Source: Demequinaceae bacterium (GTDB lineage: Bacteria; Actinomycetota; Actinomycetes; Actinomycetales; Demequinaceae). From it: a stretch of 32,000 nucleotides of DNA. The stretch lies in the NCBI GenBank assembly GCA_965250005.1, contig OZ252279.1, positions 1,380,001-1,412,000 on the forward strand. The letters run 5' to 3'. The position numbers and the translations under genes were made by a program. Positions within the stretch are counted from its first letter, which is position 1, and each line of letters begins with the position of its first letter. Shown here piece by piece: positions 1-8,225 of the stretch. The notes below the pieces were generated by a model. That model was not told the DNA's origin and ran no database searches. It saw only the letters and a program-made list of their open reading frames with translations.

Positions 1-1685
1 CCAACAACCTTCTTGACCGCCTTGACGGAGCCATGGTTCCTCAGTCCAACGAAGGCTGCTTTCTGGACGAGCTTCGACACGGAGTCCTCGAACCGGACTC
101 CGTAGAAGGACTGTCCCGGGAATAGGTTGAACCCCACGGTGTAGACGATGATCGGAATCTCGAGCGCGTCAAGCGCCGCATCAGTCACATTCCACTGCCA
201 TCCGCTATTGCCATTCGGCGACGTGTCCGGCAAGAAAAGGCCGCCGCCACCTATCACGATCGCGTCGAGATTCTTGTTGGCCCAAAGTGCACGGTCCTCA
301 TCAAAGATCTGATGCGCATGGATGGAGGACCAGCGGGCGTCGGGAACCACCGTCTCGATTGATGTCCGCACTGCGATGGGGAGCATCACGTCGCCGAAGT
401 TGCCCTCGTCATCGACGTAGAAAGCTACGTGCCCTATCGCCGCGCCACTGCCTTCAGGCACGAGGCCATCGGTCAGGCGCGACTGCGCGATTCGCGAGAG
501 CACTAGCCGCGCCTTCCGCTGAGTCGGGTCGCGCGTGAGCGCTGACAGAGCAGCTTCTTCAGCAGCATCGTAATCTCGATAAACCCACTGCAAGTCGGCC
601 AGTCGCGAACGCGCTGCCGGGCCAATCTGACGCTGGTCCATTGCGAGAGTCAGCGCCAACTCCGCGTTAGCGCGCTTGGACAGCGCCTGTTGATTGGCGG
701 CAAGAGCCACAAACGACGATCCAGAAACCACTTGGGCTGTCGCGACGTGCAAACGAAGTGCCGTTTCCGCTGTTGCGAAATCGCCATCACGACCGTACCG
801 CCCCGATGCTGCACGCGGGTCGCCAAGATCCTCGTCGCGGAGCGATGCGAACGGAGCCGACATGTCCGCATAGAACTTCCGAATCCTCGATTTCTTGGGC
901 GAAATCTCGAGGTAGCGCCTCCAGAACAGCGCCGGCGCGATGTCGTACTCGTGCCACTCGTCTTCCGCGGCAGCGTAACCCGCCTCGCCGCCGCTCCATG
1001 GCTTGGTGGAGCCCGTAAAGTGCAAGATCCGGGTGTCTGCTGGCGGCTTCTGCCCCAGCTTAACCGCGCGCTTGACGAAGTTGTACTTCTTGTCGAGTTT
1101 CTCGTACTCGCCGTCGAGAACCGCAGACAACACGCCCTGGTCATGCCGCTCAAGATCGTATTCGCCTGACAGCCCGATCTCATCCATCTTCGCCACGAAC
1201 TCGTCGCTCATGGACCTACGGTCAAAGGTCATGACCCCGCTGTTGATCCGCCAGCCGCCGCGACTCTCAAAGTGCTGCGGCACCGCTCCAAAGGCCACAT
1301 CAGTGTCGACCAACTCTTTGATGTCGCCAAGGACCACCATGTCAACGTCGAGCGTGACCAAGCGGTCATAGTCGCGCACTCTGAACGCCTCAAGGATGTA
1401 GTACGCCTTCACAACGAGGTAATTTGTCAGATCACCCTTCGAGTACTTCGAGTACTGAGAGCCATCAACGCGCCGAAATACGAAGTTCGGGTACAGCAAC
1501 GAAATCCGAGCAATCGACTCGGGCTTCAAGTCGTCATAGAAGATGATGAAGTCGTGATCAACCCACGGATTCGTGAGCAATAGGCTCTTGATCAATACCT
1601 CGAACCCTTCGAGGTAGTTGTTGTCGACGTAGGACGCGAAGGCTACAGACGGCGACGATTCCGGTTGTGCGACAGCGGGCTTCAT
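1..1685 (-). CDS. Fused glycosyltransferase (GT8-like) + helical linker + polysaccharide pyruvyl transferase-like domain; 3' end truncated by the window edge
   Basis: Hand translation of the minus strand from ATG at 1683-1685 (MKPAVAQPESSPSVAFASYVDNNYLEGFEVLIKSLLLTNPW...) stays open to position 1. GT8-like signatures: LVTLDVDMVVLGDI (DxD), RINSGVMTFD, HDQGVLSAVLDG, RILHFTGSTKPW. The same frame continues to NLDAIVIGGGGLFLPDTSPNGNSGWQWN...PIIVYTVGFNLFPGQ, typical of polysaccharide pyruvyl transferases. Not in the supplied ORF track, probably because it has no stop inside the window. Confidence 0.85.
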   Translation of the reverse strand, partial: MKPAVAQPESSPSVAFASYVDNNYLEGFEVLIKSLLLTNPWVDHDFIIFYDDLKPESIARISLLYPNFVFRRVDGSQYSKYSKGDLTNYLVVKAYYILEAFRVRDYDRLVTLDVDMVVLGDIKELVDTDVAFGAVPQHFESRGGWRINSGVMTFDRRSMSDEFVAKMDEIGLSGEYDLERHDQGVLSAVLDGEYEKLDKKYNFVKRAVKLGQKPPADTRILHFTGSTKPWSGGEAGYAAAEDEWHEYDIAPALFWRRYLEISPKKSRIRKFYADMSAPFASLRDEDLGDPRAASGRYGRDGDFATAETALRLHVATAQVVSGSSFVALAANQQALSKRANAELALTLAMDQRQIGPAARSRLADLQWVYRDYDAAEEAALSALTRDPTQRKARLVLSRIAQSRLTDGLVPEGSGAAIGHVAFYVDDEGNFGDVMLPIAVRTSIETVVPDARWSSIHAHQIFDEDRALWANKNLDAIVIGGGGLFLPDTSPNGNSGWQWNVTDAALDALEIPIIVYTVGFNLFPGQSFYGVRFEDSVSKLVQKAAFVGLRNHGSVKAVKKVV

Positions 1686-1701
1686 TGCGTCTCCAAGGCC
1701 T

Positions 1702-3150
1702 CTAGCGAAGTGAAAGAACGAGGTCACTGGTTTTGGTCGCGTTCGCCATTACCCAGTCACGCTCGGCGTTGTAGTCGTGTGCGGTGGCTACGGGTAGATG
1801 CATGGCAGAGTCAAGCCGGAAGGCTCCGGACGTGTTGAAGTCGAACCCGATGAGATCGATCGCAGTGCTAACGTCCAGCAAGTCGACGAGCCGAAGCAAA
1901 TTGAACCCCGACGTCGGCACGTCCACAAGGCTCGAATCGCCTACGAGGTCCTTACCTCGCACGGGCCAGCGCAGGGTCGCATCACCGATGAAACCCTGCG
2001 CGTCCGAATCCAAATACTTGTTGACGGAAGCTCGCCATGCATTGAGATTGCCGCTAAACACTAGTCGGACGTCGACCGGTACGGACCAGTTGAAATTGTG
2101 CATGTGAATGGTCGCATGAAGTGACGTCTTTGATCCCGTATTCGGAGCGTCAATCTTGAATGAATTGAATCGCGCGACCACATCGTAGGAGTCGATCAGT
2201 TCGCCCGAACGCGATTCGGCAACGCGCTGGGAGTTCGCCACCAGGCAGACGGACTTTCCGGATAGGTACCTACGCAAACCCGCCGCGTCCATCGGCCGAA
2301 CCACATTCGCCGCCTCGCGCGTGACCTGAGGAAGAACCTCCAGTGGACGCGCCGCGACCGCCGCACGCGCAAGTTCCCGCGTCCGCACCGACGCATCCGC
2401 CCCAAATGCAAGCGCCTGCCTCAGCACCAAGTCTGCGGCAGCGGCGATCGAAGCGCGCCCAGTGAGCGGTTGCACACTGGTAACATCTGCGATCAGGTCT
2501 GCGTCGACCCGGGCCGATTCGACACCAGTGACCAGGTTCTGCAGCTTTCGATACAGCGCTGATACTGGGTCTCTTGACTTGTTTCCCTCGGCTTCTTGCA
2601 ACGCCTGTAGGAGCAACCCGTCCACAGCGAGCGCGGCCGTCGTCGATTCCGGCTCGTCAACACCGGTGAGTTGTGCAAACCGCGCTGCAGCGACGCGCGC
2701 AAGGTCCCGTCTATCGAGCGCGTCGTACGCTCGCGAGAGAATCTTCCATGCCGCTTTTGATTGCGGCCTGAGCTCAATGATCTGTTTCGCAAAGTCTTCA
2801 GCCAATTCTGGGCGCCCGACATTGAGTGCCGCTCGCGCAACGGAAAGCGCTCCATCAAGCGCGCGATTCTTGCCCAAATCAATCCAAGAATAGCGTCCGA
2901 GGGCATACCCAAGGCCATAATTGCTGTTCGCGCGCGCCGAGATCTCCGCAAGACTTCTCGTAGCGCGCACATATTTGACGCTGGAGGCGCGCCGATTATG
3001 TCCTTCGCGCTTGGCAACGTCGAGCGCGTCCGCGAGTGTCGACAAGAAGGAGAAATTGCGCCGGGAGTTACCCGGACCAAGGCGACGAAGGCCATGGGCC
3101 GCCCTTGACACACGCAGCACAATACGCTTCATATCAAGCAAAGTGAGCAT
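1702..3150 (-). CDS. Helical-repeat (TPR-like) N-terminus + GT29 sialyltransferase-like C-terminal domain
   Basis: 482 aa. Sialylmotif L-like: CLVANSQRVAESRSGELIDSYDVVARFNSFKIDAPNTGSKTSLHAT. Sialylmotif S-like: PTSGFNLLRLVDLLDVSTAIDLIGFD. VS-like: HDYNAERDWV (HxxxxE). The N-terminal ~260 aa are alpha-helical with TPR-like segments (GRPELAEDFAKQIIELRPQSKAAWKILSRAYDALDR). Confidence 0.78.
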   Translation of the reverse strand: MLTLLDMKRIVLRVSRAAHGLRRLGPGNSRRNFSFLSTLADALDVAKREGHNRRASSVKYVRATRSLAEISARANSNYGLGYALGRYSWIDLGKNRALDGALSVARAALNVGRPELAEDFAKQIIELRPQSKAAWKILSRAYDALDRRDLARVAAARFAQLTGVDEPESTTAALAVDGLLLQALQEAEGNKSRDPVSALYRKLQNLVTGVESARVDADLIADVTSVQPLTGRASIAAAADLVLRQALAFGADASVRTRELARAAVAARPLEVLPQVTREAANVVRPMDAAGLRRYLSGKSVCLVANSQRVAESRSGELIDSYDVVARFNSFKIDAPNTGSKTSLHATIHMHNFNWSVPVDVRLVFSGNLNAWRASVNKYLDSDAQGFIGDATLRWPVRGKDLVGDSSLVDVPTSGFNLLRLVDLLDVSTAIDLIGFDFNTSGAFRLDSAMHLPVATAHDYNAERDWVMANATKTSDLVLSLR

Positions 3151-3194
3151 ACTCCTCAGAGCGGTTTCGGGTGGAGGTTACGGCGGCCGATTCA

Positions 3195-4067
3195 TCAGCC
3201 ACCGATGCGGCGTAGCTTGCTCAGCGGGGCAAGCTCGCCCGGGAACACTCGCTTCACTCCGTCGCCGAGAGCGTCTTGAACAATGTGCACATCCCGGATC
3301 AGTGATGAGAAACCCTTCGGCTCAAGGGACGCCGCGTGGTCCGAGCCCCACATTGTGCGGTCAAGCGTCACATGCCGTTCAATTGCTACAGCGCCGAGAG
3401 TTGCGGCCGCAATGGAGATTTGAAGCCCCGCTTCATGTCCCGAGTATCCGGTCGGCAGGCCATAGCGCTCGCTAAGGGTCGGAATCATAAGCAGATTGGC
3501 CTCCTCCGGCGGAAGTGGGTACGTCGAAGTCGCGTGAAACAGAATCAGGTTTTCCTTGCCGAGAGTCTCAACGGCAGCGTCTATTTGCTCGATCGTCGAC
3601 ATTCCCGTTGACAGGATCACGGGCTTCCCCGTTTCCCGCAGTTTACTCAGCATCCCAAGATCGGTGACCGAGGCTGACGCAACCTTGTAGGCCACAACAT
3701 TCATCTTCTCGAGAAAATCTACAGACGGTTCGTCCCACGGAGAAGCGAACCAGTCAATACCCTTTTCGCGGCAGTAACTGTCGATCTCACGGTACTCGGC
3801 CTCTTCAAACTCGACCTTGTACCGATACTCCAGGTAGGTCATGGTTCCCCATGGAGTGTCACGTGGCGTGTCCTTCATGTGCTCTGGCGTTGATATCTCC
3901 GGCGTACGCTTCTGGAACTTGACGGCTTGCGCGCCTGCCTCAACTGCCACGTCAATGAGCTGCTTGGCGATCTCTAGCGAACCGTTGTGATTCAGGCCGA
4001 CTTCAGCGATGAAGTAAACTGGCTCGCCGACGCCAATCTCATTCGTGCCTATAGAAACCGTTGCCAT
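3195..4067 (-). CDS. neuB: N-acetylneuraminate synthase (NeuB/SpsE)-like TIM-barrel enzyme without SAF/antifreeze domain
   Basis: 290 aa: FIAEVGLNHNGSLEIAKQLIDVAVEAGAQAVKFQKR, VAYKVASASVTDLGMLSKLRETGKPVILSTGMST, LPTGYSGHEAGLQISIAAATLGAVAIERHVTLDRTMWGSDHAASLEP. It ends at PLSKLRRIGG with tandem stops TGA TGA, where the linker to the SAF domain would start. Confidence 0.88.
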   Translation of the reverse strand: MATVSIGTNEIGVGEPVYFIAEVGLNHNGSLEIAKQLIDVAVEAGAQAVKFQKRTPEISTPEHMKDTPRDTPWGTMTYLEYRYKVEFEEAEYREIDSYCREKGIDWFASPWDEPSVDFLEKMNVVAYKVASASVTDLGMLSKLRETGKPVILSTGMSTIEQIDAAVETLGKENLILFHATSTYPLPPEEANLLMIPTLSERYGLPTGYSGHEAGLQISIAAATLGAVAIERHVTLDRTMWGSDHAASLEPKGFSSLIRDVHIVQDALGDGVKRVFPGELAPLSKLRRIGG

Positions 4068-4163
4068 TGTGTACCTGTCCCCCTAGAACGCGCGCCTATC
4101 CGACCGGATGGCCCCCACCAAGGTACACGCGGGCAAGCAACAGCGCCACTTCTGGCTTCGCGC

Positions 4164-5327
4164 CTACCGGCTCCTGACCACGCGCCCAGAGAGTTCCCGA
4201 ATTGCGCCTTGTCCACCGCCTGCTGAAAGCACGATTCGCGCCGCGCGGAGGACCTCTGGCCGGGCGTCGGCAACGGCGACAGGCACGCCCACAGCCTCGA
4301 GACACTCGAGGTCGTTCACGTCGTTGCCCACATAGGCGATTTCCGCCAAGTTCAAACCCCTTTCGTGCGCCCACGCAGTCAACACCGGCAACTTCTCTTC
4401 GACGCCGTGGAGCACTTCGACACCAAGTTTCTTGGCGCGGGCAGCCACTACCGGGTTGATTTCGCTCGAGAGTATGAGCATCGGGACACCTGCACGGTGA
4501 AGCGACGCGATGCCCATCCCATCCGCTCTACTGACAGTGACCGCCTCGTGACCGTCTTGATCGACCCAGACTCGATCGTCAGTGTGAACGCCATCGAAGT
4601 CCATAACGACGGCTTCCACATCGATGGAATCTGGTGGCACGTCTACGGTGGACGCTAGAGACTGCGCGAGTTCAAGTTGTTCGGGCGTATCAATCTCCAA
4701 GCTTGTTCCTTCGGGAACAAGCACGGGAACGACGGTTCCGAAAAACCGGAACCTGGCGGCCATGAAGCCCGGAATCGCGAGCACGTAGAATGCGCCTGTT
4801 TCGCGATACTCCTGCTCACGGTCCTGGCGCCGCGGGCGCGCGTCCAGCGTGTGATTGACGGCGTCAAATCCCGAAGCAGTATGCTTCCACAGAAACGCGT
4901 CGCTCGGCGTCACCGCCATCGCGACGTCGGCGCTTCCCGAAGAAACCGCGTCCACCGCCTCGGCGACGGACTCGGGTGCCACAAACGGCGATGTTGCCTG
5001 GAGAAAGACTAGTACGTCGAACTTCTCGCCGCGGTCTGCCAAAGCCTCGATCGCATGCAGCAATGCGTCCTCGGAGCGCGCGGTATCGCTTGCGAGCTCC
5101 GCCGGACGATCCAAGACCGTCGCCCCAAAATCCACGGCGGCTTGAGCGATTTCCGGATCGTCAGTAGAAACGCAAACTGACTGAATCGCAGACACATCCT
5201 GTGCGAGTCGAATCGCCCGCCCGATCAATGGGACACCCCCCACTCGCTGCAGATTCTTGCGAGCGATTCCCTTAGACCCGCCGCGCGCCGGTATGACTGC
5301 CAGCACCCTGCTCTCACCGTTCGCCAT
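4164..5327 (-). CDS. neuA: CMP-sialic acid synthetase (NeuA-like) fused to a KdsC-like HAD phosphatase domain
   Basis: 387 aa: VLAVIPARGGSKGIARKNLQRVGGVPLIGRAIRLA; LQATSPFVAPESV; ETGAFYV; C-terminal HAD motifs VVMDFDGVHTDDRVWVDQDG and IAYVGNDVNDLECLEAVG. Confidence 0.9.
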   Translation of the reverse strand: MANGESRVLAVIPARGGSKGIARKNLQRVGGVPLIGRAIRLAQDVSAIQSVCVSTDDPEIAQAAVDFGATVLDRPAELASDTARSEDALLHAIEALADRGEKFDVLVFLQATSPFVAPESVAEAVDAVSSGSADVAMAVTPSDAFLWKHTASGFDAVNHTLDARPRRQDREQEYRETGAFYVLAIPGFMAARFRFFGTVVPVLVPEGTSLEIDTPEQLELAQSLASTVDVPPDSIDVEAVVMDFDGVHTDDRVWVDQDGHEAVTVSRADGMGIASLHRAGVPMLILSSEINPVVAARAKKLGVEVLHGVEEKLPVLTAWAHERGLNLAEIAYVGNDVNDLECLEAVGVPVAVADARPEVLRAARIVLSAGGGQGAIRELSGRVVRSR

Positions 5328-6315
5328 CGCCTGCTCCCTCCATCGAAGCCAAATCCCCGAGCACAGCGCGCAACTCTGGGCGTCCTTCCGGAACCCACCA
5401 CTCGATTGGCACGGATGACATAGAAACCTGCGCTGACGGCAACACTCCAGACAGCACTCGCACCGCGCTGGTCGGAAGAGTGTAAATCTCTTTCACCGTC
5501 GCGCGACCAGCTAGGAAAAGTTCTACAGGCACCCGCGAGCGAATGACTCTGACGCCCGGAATCGCGGCCACGGCTTCGATTGTCTCGGCGTCCTCGCGCC
5601 GGTGAGGGTGGTACAGCGCACTACCGCGCCTCGAAATATCGCGCACCCAATCGAGATACGGTTCTGCGCGAATCTGGCCCGTGGCCACTAGGGATGTTCC
5701 AAGGATGACTCGCGCACTCTCAATTCGCACGCCGCCGAGACTCACGTCCGCCAGCCATCTGTGGCTGTTTTTCATGACTTCGTATCCCAACGCGCTTAGT
5801 CCAGTCACGTGTTGCGTCTCTTCGTAGACCGTAAAAATTGCTACGCGTCCCTTTCGCGCGACGCGCGAAATCTTTTGTCTAAGCCGCAGTCCGAGCAACT
5901 TCATCACAGGCGACTCGCGCTTGGACATTCGACTCAATCTTTTGTGGCGGTTCGCCAAGGTCGACGCAAGGTGCAACGTCGATGTGCCGTCGTCAACGAT
6001 GACCAGATCACGTGAACTACGAAGTGCGAAGTACGCGCGGAACTGTCCCGAATAGATATCGCCAACCAGTAGCTTCGCGCGCGCGCTGGGGGGCAGCCCG
6101 AAGATTGTACGCAGCGGTGGCGCAAATTCGACGCCCACGGGCAACTGGAGCTCTATAGCGGCAATGGTGGCCTCAAGTTGCCGCACTGCGTCGCGGGGAT
6201 AGATTCGCAGCGGCTCGCCCGTCTCTGCCGCGAACTCGACGGCATTGAGGATTTGCAGCGGAGACTCGACCCATGCGGCACGCACGGTTGGCGGCTTCGG
6301 CTCTGCGGCGGACAC
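5314..6315 (-). CDS. Bacterial sialyltransferase-like protein (GT52/GT38 polysialyltransferase-like)
   Basis: Protein ...TVRAAWVESPLQILNAVEFAAETGE...DLVIVDDGTSTLHLAS...GSALYHPHRREDAETIEAV. It has the D/E-D/E-G and HP motifs known from GT38/GT52/GT80 enzymes. The track start at 6408 would overlap the ABC ATPase by ~90 bp; the in-frame GTG at 6313-6315, two bases after that gene's stop, is the more likely start. Confidence 0.7.
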   Translation of the reverse strand: MSAAEPKPPTVRAAWVESPLQILNAVEFAAETGEPLRIYPRDAVRQLEATIAAIELQLPVGVEFAPPLRTIFGLPPSARAKLLVGDIYSGQFRAYFALRSSRDLVIVDDGTSTLHLASTLANRHKRLSRMSKRESPVMKLLGLRLRQKISRVARKGRVAIFTVYEETQHVTGLSALGYEVMKNSHRWLADVSLGGVRIESARVILGTSLVATGQIRAEPYLDWVRDISRRGSALYHPHRREDAETIEAVAAIPGVRVIRSRVPVELFLAGRATVKEIYTLPTSAVRVLSGVLPSAQVSMSSVPIEWWVPEGRPELRAVLGDLASMEGAGDGER

Positions 6316-6317
6316 GG

Positions 6318-7073
6318 CTACGTCGCCTTTTCGTAGGCGACACAGACCTGCTTCGGGTCGCCATCCATCTTGATTCGGCCACGATCCAACCAAATCACCC
6401 GAGAGCACGTCTCCCGAATTGTCCTCATCGAGTGGCTTACCAGGAATACTGTGCCGGCGTTCTCGCGCATCTCGCGGATCCGAGCCGCGCTCCGTTCTCG
6501 AAAATCCTTGTCTCCGACGGCCAGCGCCTCATCGATCAACAGAATCTCGTGATCTTGAGCCACTGCAATCGCAAATCGTAGCCGCGCAGACATCCCGGAA
6601 CTGTAGGTCTTCATCTGCATGTCCGCATACTCGGAAATCCCAGAGAACTCCAGAATGCGATCAAAATTTGTGTCAACTTCACGCGGGCTCATTCCCATCG
6701 CCAGGCAACCGAGACGGACGTTCTTCTCCCCGGACACGTCGCCAAGGAGAGCGGCATTGATTCCGAGCAACACCGGGCGCGCGGCACCCCTTACGGCTCC
6801 ACTAGTGGCCGGCGTTACTCCGGCGAGCGCGCGCATCAAGGTGGATTTTCCTGAGCCGTTACGCCCGATGATCCCAACGCTCTCTTCCTCGCGAACCTCA
6901 AAGGAAACGCCGCGGAGAGCGTGAACCTCGCGTATTCCGCGCGAAGCGCGGAAGAATTGGCGGCCTCGCGTGACGCGTCGACCCGTCGAGTATGCGCGGT
7001 ACGTGACGTGTACGTCATCTGCGACGATTGCCAAAGGCGTTCGCTCGGCCGATTCATTCCTATTCGCGCCCAT
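6318..7073 (-). CDS. ABC transporter ATP-binding protein, polysaccharide/teichoic-acid export (KpsT/TagH/short Wzt type)
   Basis: Walker A GRNGSGKST, Walker B EILLIDEALAVGD, no C-terminal carbohydrate-binding extension. Likely start is ATG at 7071-7073 (MGANRNESAERTPLAIVADDVHVTYRAY), not the track start at 7172. Confidence 0.92.
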   Translation of the reverse strand: MGANRNESAERTPLAIVADDVHVTYRAYSTGRRVTRGRQFFRASRGIREVHALRGVSFEVREEESVGIIGRNGSGKSTLMRALAGVTPATSGAVRGAARPVLLGINAALLGDVSGEKNVRLGCLAMGMSPREVDTNFDRILEFSGISEYADMQMKTYSSGMSARLRFAIAVAQDHEILLIDEALAVGDKDFRERSAARIREMRENAGTVFLVSHSMRTIRETCSRVIWLDRGRIKMDGDPKQVCVAYEKAT

Positions 7074-7917
7074 ACAGCTCTTCACCTCGCCAGAAGAAAA
7101 CCACGCCAGCCCCCGCGAGGACCACCGCTGCCGTGCCACATACCGCCCACGCGACGGGGGACGGGTCGGCACCTGTGATCAGTTGCGCGCGCAAGAGCTG
7201 GATGAAACTAGCGATCGGGTTGAGCCGCGCAATCTCCAACATTTCGGGACGATCTGCGAGAACCGCCTCCAGAGAATAGAAGATTCCACTCGAATAGAAA
7301 GCGACACGGTTAATCAATGGGATCAGTTGAGTGATGTCCCTCATGTGCACCGCAATTCGCGCAAAGACCAAACCGAGCCCTGCATTGAATATCGCCATCA
7401 AGAGCACAACGGGGATTACTACTAGCCATTTCCAAGTGATCGGCTCGCCAAACGAGACGACGATGACAAGCATGACCGCAAGTGCTGGGATGAATAGCAG
7501 CACCTGTTCAACCACAACAGCCAAAGGAAGCAGCACACGCGGGAAAGCAAGGCTGTGAACTAGCCCCTTGTTGCCGATCACCGATTTGGCGGTGGCTGTA
7601 AATGAGCGCGCATAGAACTGGTACAGGAACATGCCCACGATGAGAAAAGGGATGAAGTTTGCCGGGCGATACTCGCTCGGGAGAATGATTCCAAAGATGG
7701 TCCCAAAGATTGCTGCGAGGAGAATCGGCTGTATCACGACCCAACCCAAGCCCAAGCGATTCTCGCTCATTTGCGCGGATACTCGCGCGCGAGCGAGTTC
7801 GAACAAGAACGGGCGTCTCTGCCACGTCTCGGCAAAATATGCGCTCAGCGACTGACGCGCGCCTATTCTCGGCAACATCGCTGCCTCTTCGTCCAAACTA
7901 TGCGACATGCTCGTCAA
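7060..7917 (-). CDS. ABC-2 type polysaccharide export permease (Wzm/TagG/KpsM-like)
   Basis: 285 aa, multiple hydrophobic segments, ENRLGLGWVVIQPILLAAIFGTIFG, HMRDITQLIPLINRVAFYSSGIFYSLE; overlaps the ATPase gene start. Confidence 0.9.
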   Translation of the reverse strand: MTSMSHSLDEEAAMLPRIGARQSLSAYFAETWQRRPFLFELARARVSAQMSENRLGLGWVVIQPILLAAIFGTIFGIILPSEYRPANFIPFLIVGMFLYQFYARSFTATAKSVIGNKGLVHSLAFPRVLLPLAVVVEQVLLFIPALAVMLVIVVSFGEPITWKWLVVIPVVLLMAIFNAGLGLVFARIAVHMRDITQLIPLINRVAFYSSGIFYSLEAVLADRPEMLEIARLNPIASFIQLLRAQLITGADPSPVAWAVCGTAAVVLAGAGVVFFWRGEELYGRE

Positions 7918-7961
7918 TTCGTTCGACGTTCATCGATTCCCATTGCACACAGCAGATTCTC

Positions 7962-8225
7962 TCACGAATCAAGGCACCCATCTGCTAGCAACGCGTCCTG
8001 CTGTTCCGAGGCGGGTCGTCTGGTTTGAGCGGATATAGGCAACAGCATGGAACCAACCCTTCGCGCCCGCGCTGCTGTCACGCTAACCGCGAGCCACAAG
8101 TCGGTGCTGCGCACAGCCAGCACAAAGAAGGCCAACAAGGTCAAGGCGAGACCGAGGGGTAGCAGCGAGATTGAGGCAGCCGGCAACTGCACGGCGCGCG
8201 CGAGCGCAACGTTCACGACGTCCAT
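7962..8225 (-). CDS. Small putative membrane protein, possibly degraded at the C-terminus
   Basis: 87 aa with hydrophobic segments (ISLLPLGLALTLLAFFVLAV) and a purine-rich GGGGGAAGAAGAA before ATG; the second half has poor actinobacterial-style codon choice. Confidence 0.4.
   Translation of the reverse strand: MDVVNVALARAVQLPAASISLLPLGLALTLLAFFVLAVRSTDLWLAVSVTAARARRVGSMLLPISAQTRRPASEQQDALLADGCLDS

Noticed and set aside
758-1583. Small ORFs in the track on both strands at 650-1583
   Set aside because: They overlap the strongly supported GT8-like minus-strand frame, which the track omits because it is open to the window edge.
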